Program-made: the position numbers and the translations under genes | The notes under the pieces: generated by a model | Told to the model about the DNA's origin: nothing | The model's database searches: none | What the model saw: only the letters and a program-made list of their open reading frames with translations | Shown here: piece by piece, positions 23,781 to 33,063 of the stretch | Numbering within the stretch: position 1 is the first letter of the stretch | Layout of the letters: each line of letters begins with the position of its first letter | IMG/VR virus record: IMGVR_UViG_3300009155_000035 | DNA length: 64,000 nucleotides | Reading direction: 5' to 3' (one strand) | DNA from: a virus | Taxonomy: Duplodnaviria > Caudoviricetes

Positions 23781-24869
23781 ATGTCACATGAAAGTCGCAC
23801 CGTAACCGCAGTCGGCGCTCGCAAAGCTGTTATGAAATGCTTTGCAAAGAAACGTCCCATGTTTTTGTGGGGTCCTCCTGGCATCGGCAAGAGCGAAGTA
23901 GTTGCTGACATTACCAAAGAACTTGGTGGTTACATGATTGACTTGCGCTTAGGTCAAATGGATCCCACTGACATTCGTGGTATCCCGTTCTTTAACAAAG
24001 AAGCAGGCAAGATGGATTGGGCTCCCCCGATTGATTTACCAGACGAAGATCTGGCCAGCCAGTATCCTGTGGTTGTGTTGTTCATGGATGAAATGAACTC
24101 TGCGGCTCCGGCAGTACAGGCAGCGGCATATCAGCTAGTACTAAACCGTCGTATTGGCAAATATCGACTGCCAGACAATGTTGTTATGATTGCCGCAGGC
24201 AATCGTGAAAGCGATAAAGGTGTTACTTTCCGTATGCCTACTCCGCTGGCAAATCGTTTTATTCACGTTGAGATGAAACCCGACTTCCCTACATGGCAAG
24301 AATGGGCTGTTAAGAATCAAATCCACAAGGACGTGGTTGGTTACTTGAGTTTTGCCAAGCAAGACTTGTACGACTTTGATGCCAAGTCTAGTTCACGTGC
24401 ATTTGCTACACCACGCTCTTGGAGTTTTGTTAGCGAGTTGTTGGAAGACGAAGACATGGACGAGACCACTGCTACTGACTTGATTGCAGGTACAGTTGGT
24501 GAAGGTCTTGCTGTTAAGTTTATGGCTCACCGCAAGATTTCAGGTAAACTGCCCAAGCCAGAAGAAATTCTCAGTGGCAAGGCCAAAGAACTCAAGGTAA
24601 AAGAAGTGTCGGCAATGTACAGTCTTGTTATCAGCTTGTGCTACGAACTCAAGAATGCTGTTGAGAACAAAGTCTCCGACAAAGAGTTTCATGAGATGAG
24701 CGACAACTTCTTTGCTTACATGATGAAGAACTTTGAAACCGAGCTTGTGATTATGGGTGCTCGCATCGCGCTTACCACTTACAATCTTCCGTTCCAACCT
24801 ACCAAGCTCAAGAATTTTGACGAGTTCCACAGCAAATATGGCAAGTATATCTTGCAAGGCAACTCTTAA
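23781..24869 (+). CDS. MoxR-like AAA+ ATPase
   Basis: Walker A GPPGIGKS; Walker B LFMDEMN; AGNRESD. Confidence 0.9.
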   Translation: MSHESRTVTAVGARKAVMKCFAKKRPMFLWGPPGIGKSEVVADITKELGGYMIDLRLGQMDPTDIRGIPFFNKEAGKMDWAPPIDLPDEDLASQYPVVVLFMDEMNSAAPAVQAAAYQLVLNRRIGKYRLPDNVVMIAAGNRESDKGVTFRMPTPLANRFIHVEMKPDFPTWQEWAVKNQIHKDVVGYLSFAKQDLYDFDAKSSSRAFATPRSWSFVSELLEDEDMDETTATDLIAGTVGEGLAVKFMAHRKISGKLPKPEEILSGKAKELKVKEVSAMYSLVISLCYELKNAVENKVSDKEFHEMSDNFFAYMMKNFETELVIMGARIALTTYNLPFQPTKLKNFDEFHSKYGKYILQGNS

Positions 24870-25110
24870 TCAAGTTGGGGCTCCGGCCCCAACTTATGCC
24901 ACTGTAAGGATCAGTTTTGCTCCTTACAGCCATGATGAAGTACAAGACCTGCTACGCAAGGTTTACCAAGATTTTGGTCGTGATCGATCACGCTGGTACT
25001 ACCAGAGTCCGTTACTTGACCTAGACAATTTGGTTAATACATGGACCGTGGACTTTTGTTTTCGTGATCCCCATGATGCCACCATATTTGGACTTAAATA
25101 CCTAAGATGA
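24838..25110 (+). CDS. Hypothetical protein (start uncertain)
   Basis: C-terminal DFCFRDPHDATIFGLKY; stop overlaps the next ATG. Confidence 0.5.
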   Translation: MASISCKATLNQVGAPAPTYATVRISFAPYSHDEVQDLLRKVYQDFGRDRSRWYYQSPLLDLDNLVNTWTVDFCFRDPHDATIFGLKYLR

Positions 25111-25487
25111 AATACAGTGTACAACGACTTGATGGCAGACACAGCTACCAAAAATGGTTTCAATATTATGTTGGATTTTCATCTAATATGTCCTTTAACA
25201 AAGGGCCACTACACTTCACTCGAGCCCAAAAATGGTGTTTTCAAACTTGGGGCTGGAGTGCCGAAGTTAGGCAATGGAATGAGATTTATCGTTGGAGTAC
25301 TAATTCTGTACCATTGATGCGAGTGGGTGGTGGTTTTGTGCGTCAGACGCCAAGCAATCTTCCCGAGGAATGTAATCCTTGTTGGAGTTGGACCAATGGT
25401 GCTAATACTGGCAGTGAGTTACGAATCTACTTTAAAAGTGATGCAGAACTAGCATTCTTCCAGCTGGCACATCCACTTGACCAATAA
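25107..25487 (+). CDS. Hypothetical Trp-rich protein
   Basis: ATGA overlap; RIYFKSDAELAFFQL C-terminus. Confidence 0.7.
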   Translation: MKYSVQRLDGRHSYQKWFQYYVGFSSNMSFNKGPLHFTRAQKWCFQTWGWSAEVRQWNEIYRWSTNSVPLMRVGGGFVRQTPSNLPEECNPCWSWTNGANTGSELRIYFKSDAELAFFQLAHPLDQ

Positions 25488-25505
25488 TTGATTTTTTAGT
25501 ATAAT
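25477..25505 (+). promoter_or_regulatory. sigma70 promoter
   Basis: TTGACC-17-TATAAT. Confidence 0.82.
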
Positions 25506-25530
25506 ATTACTATAACGTAAAGGAACACAC

Positions 25531-26817
25531 ATGTCAGCATCTACTACAGAAAACAAAAAAGAACTAGCAAAAAAGTTTGCTAATCTCATTGGTGAGACTG
25601 ATCCAAAAGTGGACCGCGAAGTTCGAGAAAAACTGATAACTGCCCGGGTTGGTATGTTGCTTCGTGCCAGCTTTTTTGGTAATCTTGCTACTCGGTTGAA
25701 ACTGGTTAATGCCGATGCTTGGTGCTCTACTGCGGCCACAGACGGCAGAAACTTTTATTATAATTCTCGCTTCATTAAACTGCTCAAGCCCAAAGAAATT
25801 GAGTTCTTGTTTGGGCACGAGGTGTTGCATTGTGTTTACGATCACTTTGGTCGTCGTGGTGAGCGTGATCCACAAATTTGGAACGTGGCCAATGATTATT
25901 GTGTCAACGCAGACTTGAAGAAACACAAGGTTGGTGAGTTTATTACATCAGTGCCTTGCTTGTACGATTCCAAGTATGACGGCATGAGCTCCGAAGAAGT
26001 CTATGACAAGATCATGGAAAATGCACAAAAAATTGACATTGGCAAATTGCTAGATCAATTGATTGACGAACACTTGGATGGTGAAGGTGACGAAGATGGC
26101 GAGGGTGACAGCGACGGCAACCAAGATGGCAAAGGTAAGCGTCCAAAACTCAGCGACGAGGATCGTGCCAAGATCCGAGACGAGATCAAAGAAGCTGTAC
26201 TAAGTGCCGCACAAACTTGTGATGCTGGTAACTTGCCAGCAGGCGTTAAACGCATGATCAAGGATTTAACTGATCCACAAATGAACTGGCGTGAACTGTT
26301 GCGCATGCAATTGGAGTCAACTATCAAGAGTGACTACAGTTGGATGCGGGCAAGCCGCAAAGGTTGGCACATGGATGCTGTGATGCCAGGTATGAAAACT
26401 ACAGATGCAATTGATATTGCAGTGGCCATTGATACTTCCGGCTCTATTAGTTCTGACCAGTGCAAAGACTTCTTGAGTGAAATCAAGGGTATCATGGAAT
26501 CGTTTGATTCTTATCGTATTCATGTGTTTACATTTGACACCGAAACTTATAATCCTCAACAATACGACAGCGAGAATCTTGACGACATTGCCGAGTATGA
26601 CATCCAGGGTGGTGGTGGTACTGACTTTGACTCTATCTTCCGCTATCTTAAGAGTGCCGAAATTGAGCCCAAGAAGCTGGTAGTGTTCACAGACGGTTAT
26701 CCGTTTGGTAGCTGGGGCGATGCCAACTACTGTGATACATGCTGGATCATTCATGGTGACCGAAATCCAGAACCACCATTTGGTACCTGGGCCTTGTACG
26801 GCGAAGGCGACGACTAA
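25531..26817 (+). CDS. DUF2201-like metallopeptidase plus vWA domain protein (MoxR partner)
   Basis: HEVLH (HExxH); acidic linker; MIDAS DTSGS; GGGGTDF; FTDGY. Confidence 0.88.
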   Translation: MSASTTENKKELAKKFANLIGETDPKVDREVREKLITARVGMLLRASFFGNLATRLKLVNADAWCSTAATDGRNFYYNSRFIKLLKPKEIEFLFGHEVLHCVYDHFGRRGERDPQIWNVANDYCVNADLKKHKVGEFITSVPCLYDSKYDGMSSEEVYDKIMENAQKIDIGKLLDQLIDEHLDGEGDEDGEGDSDGNQDGKGKRPKLSDEDRAKIRDEIKEAVLSAAQTCDAGNLPAGVKRMIKDLTDPQMNWRELLRMQLESTIKSDYSWMRASRKGWHMDAVMPGMKTTDAIDIAVAIDTSGSISSDQCKDFLSEIKGIMESFDSYRIHVFTFDTETYNPQQYDSENLDDIAEYDIQGGGGTDFDSIFRYLKSAEIEPKKLVVFTDGYPFGSWGDANYCDTCWIIHGDRNPEPPFGTWALYGEGDD

Positions 26818-26886
26818 TTTCTCCAGAATTGCTTTTAAACCTGGGGATTTTTTAATTCCTGGGTTTTAATTTTATTAAATATTAAC

Positions 26887-27102
26887 ATGGAAAATCCTGC
26901 ACAACTTACAGTCGTAGACTTAGACAGTCTCAAAGACATCATCAATATTGCATGCCAACGCGGCGCCTTTCAAGCCAATGAAATGAAATCCATTGGCGAG
27001 GTATACGAACGCCTTGATTCGTTTTTAACTGCAATCAAAACTCAAGCACAAGCTCAAGTCGAAGCTCAATCGGCCACCCAACAAGGAGAAACAAATGATT
27101 AA
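26887..27102 (+). CDS. Hypothetical protein
   Basis: ORF after TAAATA 26876; IACQRGAFQANEM. Confidence 0.7.
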   Translation: MENPAQLTVVDLDSLKDIINIACQRGAFQANEMKSIGEVYERLDSFLTAIKTQAQAQVEAQSATQQGETND

Positions 27103-27799
27103 ACATATCGGTAAACACGGTGATCGAAAGGTTGCTATTGTATTTCGGGAGGTGCCCGGCGAAGAGCACATGGCGTTGGTGGTTTACACTGAAACTCTAC
27201 CGGTTTCAATGCATGACTCGTTGATGTCAACTATTGAGAGTCCCACTGCACAAACTGCTGAGAATCTCGGAGATGCGTTATTCCGTAGCTTGTTTCCAGA
27301 CGGACGTCCGATGCTACAAACATTCCACTCCGAAGGAATGTTAAAGAAAGTACAAGCCAAACAAATTGTTGTTACACCAAATCCATCAAGTCATGTAAAT
27401 CTTGATGAAATGAATCGTATCATCCGTGAGATGAAAACTGGCGAAGATGCTATTCGACGCATGGCCGATTTAGACAACAACCGCGGCATCACTGGCAAGG
27501 TACGTCAACGTGATGATTACGGTCGTGAGATTGGTGCGCCAATTGATCAAGTACGTCAGGGATCTAATGCAGTGGCCGGCTCTGATGCCGCAAGAGCTCT
27601 AGACGACGTAGCTCTTGCCAATAACTTCCGAGCACAAGCAGAACGCATGGCTGCCGAGGCAAAGGGCCTATTGGCCGAGAGTGCCAGATTGATGAAGGAA
27701 GCCGCAATAATGAGCGGAACCCCAGCTCCAAGACCCGAAGGTGCACCACGTCGTGGTCGTCCTCCCAAGGCACAGGTGGCTGCGGATGCAGTTAACTGA
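27095..27799 (+). CDS. Hypothetical protein with C-terminal AT-hook
   Basis: PRRGRPPK near the C-terminus; AAGGAG RBS. Confidence 0.7.
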   Translation: MIKHIGKHGDRKVAIVFREVPGEEHMALVVYTETLPVSMHDSLMSTIESPTAQTAENLGDALFRSLFPDGRPMLQTFHSEGMLKKVQAKQIVVTPNPSSHVNLDEMNRIIREMKTGEDAIRRMADLDNNRGITGKVRQRDDYGREIGAPIDQVRQGSNAVAGSDAARALDDVALANNFRAQAERMAAEAKGLLAESARLMKEAAIMSGTPAPRPEGAPRRGRPPKAQVAADAVN

Positions 27800-28088
27800 A
27801 GACTGGCTAAAACGATGGGAAGAGGTCATTGAACAAGTTGACAAAGACCATGTTCCCCTCGAGTGCGTTAAAAAAGTTATTTTCCGCATCACTGGCGGGA
27901 AACAAAAAACTATAAATCTGCGTAGGCTAAAAGAACAAGGCCTAGACGGAGATGCTGTTCATGATCTAGTTGATAAATTTGTTCAAGAAAATTCTGAATT
28001 TATCACCAACATGGAATTTGTGTTAGACATTGAGGCAGTTGCTCAACTGCTACAGCCCGAAACTGATAACCTTTTAAAGAATCTATGA
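27786..28088 (+). CDS. Hypothetical protein
   Basis: MQLTEDWLKRWEEVIEQVDK; ATGA overlap with thyX. Confidence 0.65.
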   Translation: MQLTEDWLKRWEEVIEQVDKDHVPLECVKKVIFRITGGKQKTINLRRLKEQGLDGDAVHDLVDKFVQENSEFITNMEFVLDIEAVAQLLQPETDNLLKNL

Positions 28089-28777
28089 ATGTCAAACTTC
28101 TCTCTTTTAGCCAACCTACACACGAGTTTGCAGACATGGGAATTGACAATGCTCAAGAGCTTATTGCATACTGTGCCCGGGTCTCTAATCCCGCGAATCA
28201 ATTCAACACCGAAACAAGCGAACGACTCATTCGGTACCTTGTCACCCACCAGCACTGGAGCCCGCTAGAAATGGTATCAGCCTGTTGCGAAATTGTCACC
28301 ACAAGGGATATTGCTAGACAAATACTACGTCACCGAAGCTTTTCCTTTCAAGAGTTCTCCCAGCGATATGCTGATCCAACTGCCGAGCTTGACGATGCGT
28401 TTGTGATAAGAGAAGCTAGGTTCCAGGACACCAAGAATCGACAAAACAGCATAGAGTTTGATCAAACCGATGAACAACAACGTCTATTAGCCATTGAGTG
28501 GGAACGAGCTCAAAAACGTGTGTTGTTTTCAGTTAAACAAGAATACTCTTGGGCTATCAAAAACGGTATCGCCAAGGAGCAAGCTCGTGCTGTGTTACCC
28601 GAAGGGCTCACAGTGAGTCGTATGTACATGAATGGCACATTGCGTAGTTGGATTCACTTTATTCAATTGCGCAGTGGTAATGGTACACAAAAAGAGCATC
28701 AACAAATCGCTCTTGCATGTGCCAAAGTTATTGCCGCAATTTTCCCAATGGCAACAGACTTGGTTGCCCAAGACTAA
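28085..28777 (+). CDS. thyX: FAD-dependent thymidylate synthase
   Basis: RHRSFSFQEFSQRY signature; HWSPLEM; ARAVLP. Confidence 0.95.
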   Translation: MNVKLLSFSQPTHEFADMGIDNAQELIAYCARVSNPANQFNTETSERLIRYLVTHQHWSPLEMVSACCEIVTTRDIARQILRHRSFSFQEFSQRYADPTAELDDAFVIREARFQDTKNRQNSIEFDQTDEQQRLLAIEWERAQKRVLFSVKQEYSWAIKNGIAKEQARAVLPEGLTVSRMYMNGTLRSWIHFIQLRSGNGTQKEHQQIALACAKVIAAIFPMATDLVAQD

Positions 28778-28797
28778 TCCTTGTGCTAAACTAGCGT

Positions 28798-29145
28798 ATG
28801 GCAATAACACATCTAGATCAATCAAAGCACTGGCGAGCCGAAGAGGTAAAAATCATCGGCGATCGTGCTGTGAGGTTTAGCGATGTATGCGTACATGAAT
28901 TCTCAGTAGGCGATGTTGAAGATCATGAATTCTCTATAGGTGATGTCGAAGGTCCTGAAATCTATGCCGCTGGTCCATTATGGGATTGGCAAGAGTCTGA
29001 CGCAGGCAAGTGGATTATGGAGAACGCTGTTGAAAAACCGTACTACATAAAGACATTAGATTATAATTCCCGGAGGCATCGATACAAAATCATGGCTCGA
29101 CTCAACGAGCAAGATCAAACTTATTGGAAGTTGAAATACGAATGA
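28798..29145 (+). CDS. Hypothetical protein
   Basis: ORF with an internal HEFS(V/I)GDVE tandem duplication; ATGA overlap downstream. Confidence 0.65.
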   Translation: MAITHLDQSKHWRAEEVKIIGDRAVRFSDVCVHEFSVGDVEDHEFSIGDVEGPEIYAAGPLWDWQESDAGKWIMENAVEKPYYIKTLDYNSRRHRYKIMARLNEQDQTYWKLKYE

Positions 29146-30122
29146 ATATACTAGTAACAGGTGGATTAGGTCTTATTGGACACAATGTAGTTAAACGTTT
29201 GCAAGATGCTGGACATCTTGTTTCTATTATGGATACTAAAACAAACTATGGTATCATCCCTCAAGATGAAATTGATTACTTGATGGCCGAACGTAGAAAG
29301 AAAATCGCAGTAGCTAGCTATATCTATGATAGAGACATCTGTGATGCACAATCAGTTGACCATGTGTTCAACGTAGAGCAACCAGAGATTGTGATTCACA
29401 TGGCCAGCTTTCCAAGACAAAAAGTAGTTAATGCAAATCCTGCATGGGGAAGTCGTGTTATGAGTGAAGGCTTGCTCAATTTGCTAGAAGCCAGCGACAA
29501 ATACGATGTGCGTAAGTTTATCTACATCAGTAGTTCAATGGTGTACGGTGACTTCACCGATGATGTAACAGAAGATTACGACTGCAAACCACAAGGTCAA
29601 TATGGTATTATGAAACTTGCCGGCGAGTGGCTAGTTAAAGACTATACACGTAGAACTAATCTTGTTCATACTATTATTCGTCCCAGTGCTGTATACGGTG
29701 AACTAGACGTTGAAGATAGGGTTATTGCCAAATTCATGCTTACTGCTATGCGAGGAGGTACATTGAATGTCAATGGTGCCAACGAAACACTAGACTTTAC
29801 CTACGTTGAAGATGCTGCCGATGGTATTGTTGGCGCCGCATTAAGCGACAATACAGAAAACAAAACTTACAATATCACTAAGTCACATAGCAGAACATTG
29901 CTTGATGCCGCACAATTAGCAGTAAAATACGCAGGCAAAGGCTCAATCAATGTGCGTGACAAAGACGCAGACTTCCCAAGTCGTGGCGCATTAAACATTG
30001 ATGCCGCTCGTAGAGACTTTGGCTACGATCCTAAGGTAGACGTAGAAGAAGGCTTTCAAAAGTATTATGCATGGCTTAGCAAGTCAGCATTTTGGTCAAC
30101 TACATTAAAGGAAAAATTATGA
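29142..30122 (+). CDS. NAD-dependent sugar-nucleotide epimerase/dehydratase
   Basis: VTGGLGLIG; SSSMVYG; YGIMK; DFTYVED. Confidence 0.9.
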   Translation: MNILVTGGLGLIGHNVVKRLQDAGHLVSIMDTKTNYGIIPQDEIDYLMAERRKKIAVASYIYDRDICDAQSVDHVFNVEQPEIVIHMASFPRQKVVNANPAWGSRVMSEGLLNLLEASDKYDVRKFIYISSSMVYGDFTDDVTEDYDCKPQGQYGIMKLAGEWLVKDYTRRTNLVHTIIRPSAVYGELDVEDRVIAKFMLTAMRGGTLNVNGANETLDFTYVEDAADGIVGAALSDNTENKTYNITKSHSRTLLDAAQLAVKYAGKGSINVRDKDADFPSRGALNIDAARRDFGYDPKVDVEEGFQKYYAWLSKSAFWSTTLKEKL

Positions 30123-31090
30123 ACGTATTAGTAACAGGCGGTCTCGGCCTTATCGGACATCGTGTGGTACACTCGTTAGAGAAGCGTGGTCACCAGGTGA
30201 CCATTATTGATAACAAAACCAACTACTTTGATTTTGTTTCTCAAAAAGAATTAGACATATTGCATCAAGAGCGACTGTCTACAATTAAAACTCGTGATAT
30301 TCACTATGTTGATGTTCGCAACACACAACAAATCAATCCAATCATAGAACTGGTCAAGCCTGAAATTGTATTTGACTTAGGCACAAACGGTCGCCAACAC
30401 CAACTGCGTGAACAGCCAGTGGATGGCACCGCCACTATGACCATTGGTCCGGTCAATGTTCTTGAAGCCTGCGTTAAACACAAAGTTCGTCGATATGTGT
30501 TTGCCAGTTCTCCTCTGGTGTATGGACGTTATGAAGCCAATGTCAAGGAAGATGCTCCCAAAGATCCGTACAGTATTTTTGGGGTATGGAAGCTGGCCAA
30601 TGAATACTTGGCAAAAGATTATGCTCGACGCTTTGGACTAGAGTACACTATTTGTCGATTCAGTCAAATATATGGTCCCATGGACATGGACAATCGTAAC
30701 ATGAGCAGACTTTGTACAGCGGCCCTCAAAGGTGGAGTGTTGCGTGTAAAAGGCAATGATGTTATCGATCATACCTATGTTGATGATGCTGCCGAAGGCA
30801 TGGTAATGGCTGCCCTAAGTGAGATTGGCCGAAATAAAATTTATAATATCACTGCCAGCGAGCCGTCTACGTATCGTGAAGCTGCCGAGCTGGTTGTTAA
30901 AATTGCTGGCCAAGGCACAATTGAAATGGTGCCGCCAGATCCTGAATTCGCTGGCCCACGTGGTCCGGTTAACTGCGACCTTGTGCGTTCAGAACTGGGC
31001 TGGGAACCAAAGACCACACTTGAACAAGGTATAAAAAATATGTTTACCTGGTTAAATAACTCTCCTTACTGGTCTCAAGTAATACGATAA
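30119..31090 (+). CDS. Second NAD-dependent epimerase/dehydratase paralog (FxxxK)
   Basis: VTGGLGLIG; ASSPLVYG; FGVWK; DHTYVDD. Confidence 0.88.
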   Translation: MNVLVTGGLGLIGHRVVHSLEKRGHQVTIIDNKTNYFDFVSQKELDILHQERLSTIKTRDIHYVDVRNTQQINPIIELVKPEIVFDLGTNGRQHQLREQPVDGTATMTIGPVNVLEACVKHKVRRYVFASSPLVYGRYEANVKEDAPKDPYSIFGVWKLANEYLAKDYARRFGLEYTICRFSQIYGPMDMDNRNMSRLCTAALKGGVLRVKGNDVIDHTYVDDAAEGMVMAALSEIGRNKIYNITASEPSTYREAAELVVKIAGQGTIEMVPPDPEFAGPRGPVNCDLVRSELGWEPKTTLEQGIKNMFTWLNNSPYWSQVIR

Positions 31091-31099
31091 CAACGTTAT

Positions 31100-32200
31100 A
31101 TGACCGTACTTACTATACCGTTTACTGGTCTTCGAAAACAATACAACAATCTACGAACTGAGATATTGGCTGCTACTGACAAGGTGTTGCGTAGCGGCCA
31201 ACTCATGAATGGTAACTGTACTGCTGAATTCGAAAACTGGCTAGCAAATAAAAACGGCGTCAAATATGCTGTAACTTGTCACTCAGGTACAGGCGCATTA
31301 GAAGTACTAGCCGAGTATCACTATCAAAGATTGAGCACCAACACTGCTCAACCAACTGTACTCATACCCACGTTTACCTATGCAGCCACAGCCAATGCAT
31401 TTATAAGAGCTGGCTGGAATGTTATTTTAGTTGATACTGATTCATACGGTGTGCTAGATGTAACAAAAATTCCCGATGTTGAATACCATGTTGTTTGCCT
31501 GGTTGGATTGTATGGCCTAGCAGTCACTCATCATGGTACAGCTAAGATTTGGGAAGAATGGCTGTACAAGAATGTCACAGTAATTGAAGATGCCGCACAA
31601 CATTGGCTATCAGCTGATTGCAAGCGTGTTGGCAATGCAGCCGCTATCAGTTTTGATCCAATGAAAAATTTACCTTGTTACGGCAATGGTGGTGCTATAG
31701 TTACTGATAGCAACGAATTGTTGCATTTTGCTCGCGCCTGGCGAGACAACGGAAAGTCTACTCATATCAACACAGGCACAAATAGTCGTATGAGTGAGCT
31801 TGATTGCGCACATATGATGGTAAAAGCACAATACATTGATCAGTGGCAAGAGCGCAGAAAGAAGATTGCAACACACTGGATTGATCGGTTAAAGCCCCAC
31901 AGTGACATTTGGACATTGATTGATGTACATAATTCTCACAATCATGCATTTCATAAATTTGTAATATACGTTTCAAGTAGAGATACATTGCAACGCAACC
32001 TTGCATTGCGCAAAATTGAAACCAAGATACACTATGCACAGCCCTTGCACGAAGTAGGTGTATTTAGAAATTTACAAGGTCCTGACATACTATCTAGTGC
32101 CAGCTCGTTGGCACGTGGTGTGTTGAGTTTACCTATCTATCCAGAACTAACAGATCTAGAAGTTGAATATATTATAGATCAAGTTATTGACTGTGCTTAA
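31100..32200 (+). CDS. DegT/DnrJ/EryC1/StrS PLP aminotransferase
   Basis: CHSGTGAL; IEDAAQ; SFDPMKNL..GNGGA; NSRMSE; LSLPIYP. Confidence 0.92.
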   Translation: MTVLTIPFTGLRKQYNNLRTEILAATDKVLRSGQLMNGNCTAEFENWLANKNGVKYAVTCHSGTGALEVLAEYHYQRLSTNTAQPTVLIPTFTYAATANAFIRAGWNVILVDTDSYGVLDVTKIPDVEYHVVCLVGLYGLAVTHHGTAKIWEEWLYKNVTVIEDAAQHWLSADCKRVGNAAAISFDPMKNLPCYGNGGAIVTDSNELLHFARAWRDNGKSTHINTGTNSRMSELDCAHMMVKAQYIDQWQERRKKIATHWIDRLKPHSDIWTLIDVHNSHNHAFHKFVIYVSSRDTLQRNLALRKIETKIHYAQPLHEVGVFRNLQGPDILSSASSLARGVLSLPIYPELTDLEVEYIIDQVIDCA

Positions 32201-33063
32201 TAATCTTTAGACTTCCATTCAAACACCGCATCAGCTAGTTCTTTGGTGTTTGTTGGAAATTGGTCTTGAATCAATATTGGTAAATCGTAACATCTAAAAA
32301 TGTTTACTAATTGATGTGCAATCCAAGCTTCTTCTATGATGTTCAGTTTAATAGGAGTATTCTTGCCTGCTAGAATATCTTCGAGTACTTGATTGCATTT
32401 AATTTGCGAGTGGTATCCTTGATTTACTTTCAAGAATTCTTGATGCAATTTACTAAGATGTACTGTTGGATAAAAATTAAGATTCTGGAAGTTGGCAATT
32501 TTGTTTAGTTCAAGATAAAATTGTGTCCAATCAAAGAACGCACTGAATGGAAATACATGTATATCATTTGGTGTAGCAGGATCAAACTCCGAGTACATAT
32601 CATACCCATACTCAGTATTCTCAAACATTGAATAAAAGTAATTTCTCATTTGAGATCTTGGGTACACTGACCTTTCACCAAACTCTTTGAGTATCATGTC
32701 TAGAAAAGGTTGCGCCTTGGGCAATTGTTTAAGCTTGTTAATTGTGTCAATTTCAAACTCTTCTAAGTCAACTGTTTGATCTCCTGCTCGTAAAAAGCTA
32801 TTAGATACTGCAATTAGCATATCCTTTTGTGAAGGTACAATGCGTACCACACGGTCATTGTGATCAAAAGGAACATTGTAATACGACCAATGATATGCCT
32901 TTACTATAGAACGATAACCACTACAAGAATTTTTAACATGGCAAGCACCTGTATCCGTAAACATAGGCCTGTTGACATCAAACCCATTTTGCCAAATAAA
33001 AACATTGACCACTAGCTCAAGATAGTGCCCGTGCAGTCCCCCAAAGAAATCAATTTTGTCCAT
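32197..33063 (-). CDS. Hypothetical protein
   Basis: IDFFGGLHGHYL N-terminus; 288-aa ORF. Confidence 0.65.
   Translation of the reverse strand: MDKIDFFGGLHGHYLELVVNVFIWQNGFDVNRPMFTDTGACHVKNSCSGYRSIVKAYHWSYYNVPFDHNDRVVRIVPSQKDMLIAVSNSFLRAGDQTVDLEEFEIDTINKLKQLPKAQPFLDMILKEFGERSVYPRSQMRNYFYSMFENTEYGYDMYSEFDPATPNDIHVFPFSAFFDWTQFYLELNKIANFQNLNFYPTVHLSKLHQEFLKVNQGYHSQIKCNQVLEDILAGKNTPIKLNIIEEAWIAHQLVNIFRCYDLPILIQDQFPTNTKELADAVFEWKSKDY

Noticed and set aside
28896-28950. Tandem duplication CATGAATTCTC(A/T)(G/A)TAGG(C/T)GATGT(T/C)GAAG
   Set aside because: A two-copy in-frame 8-codon duplication within a hypothetical gene; no sign of a wider repeat system.
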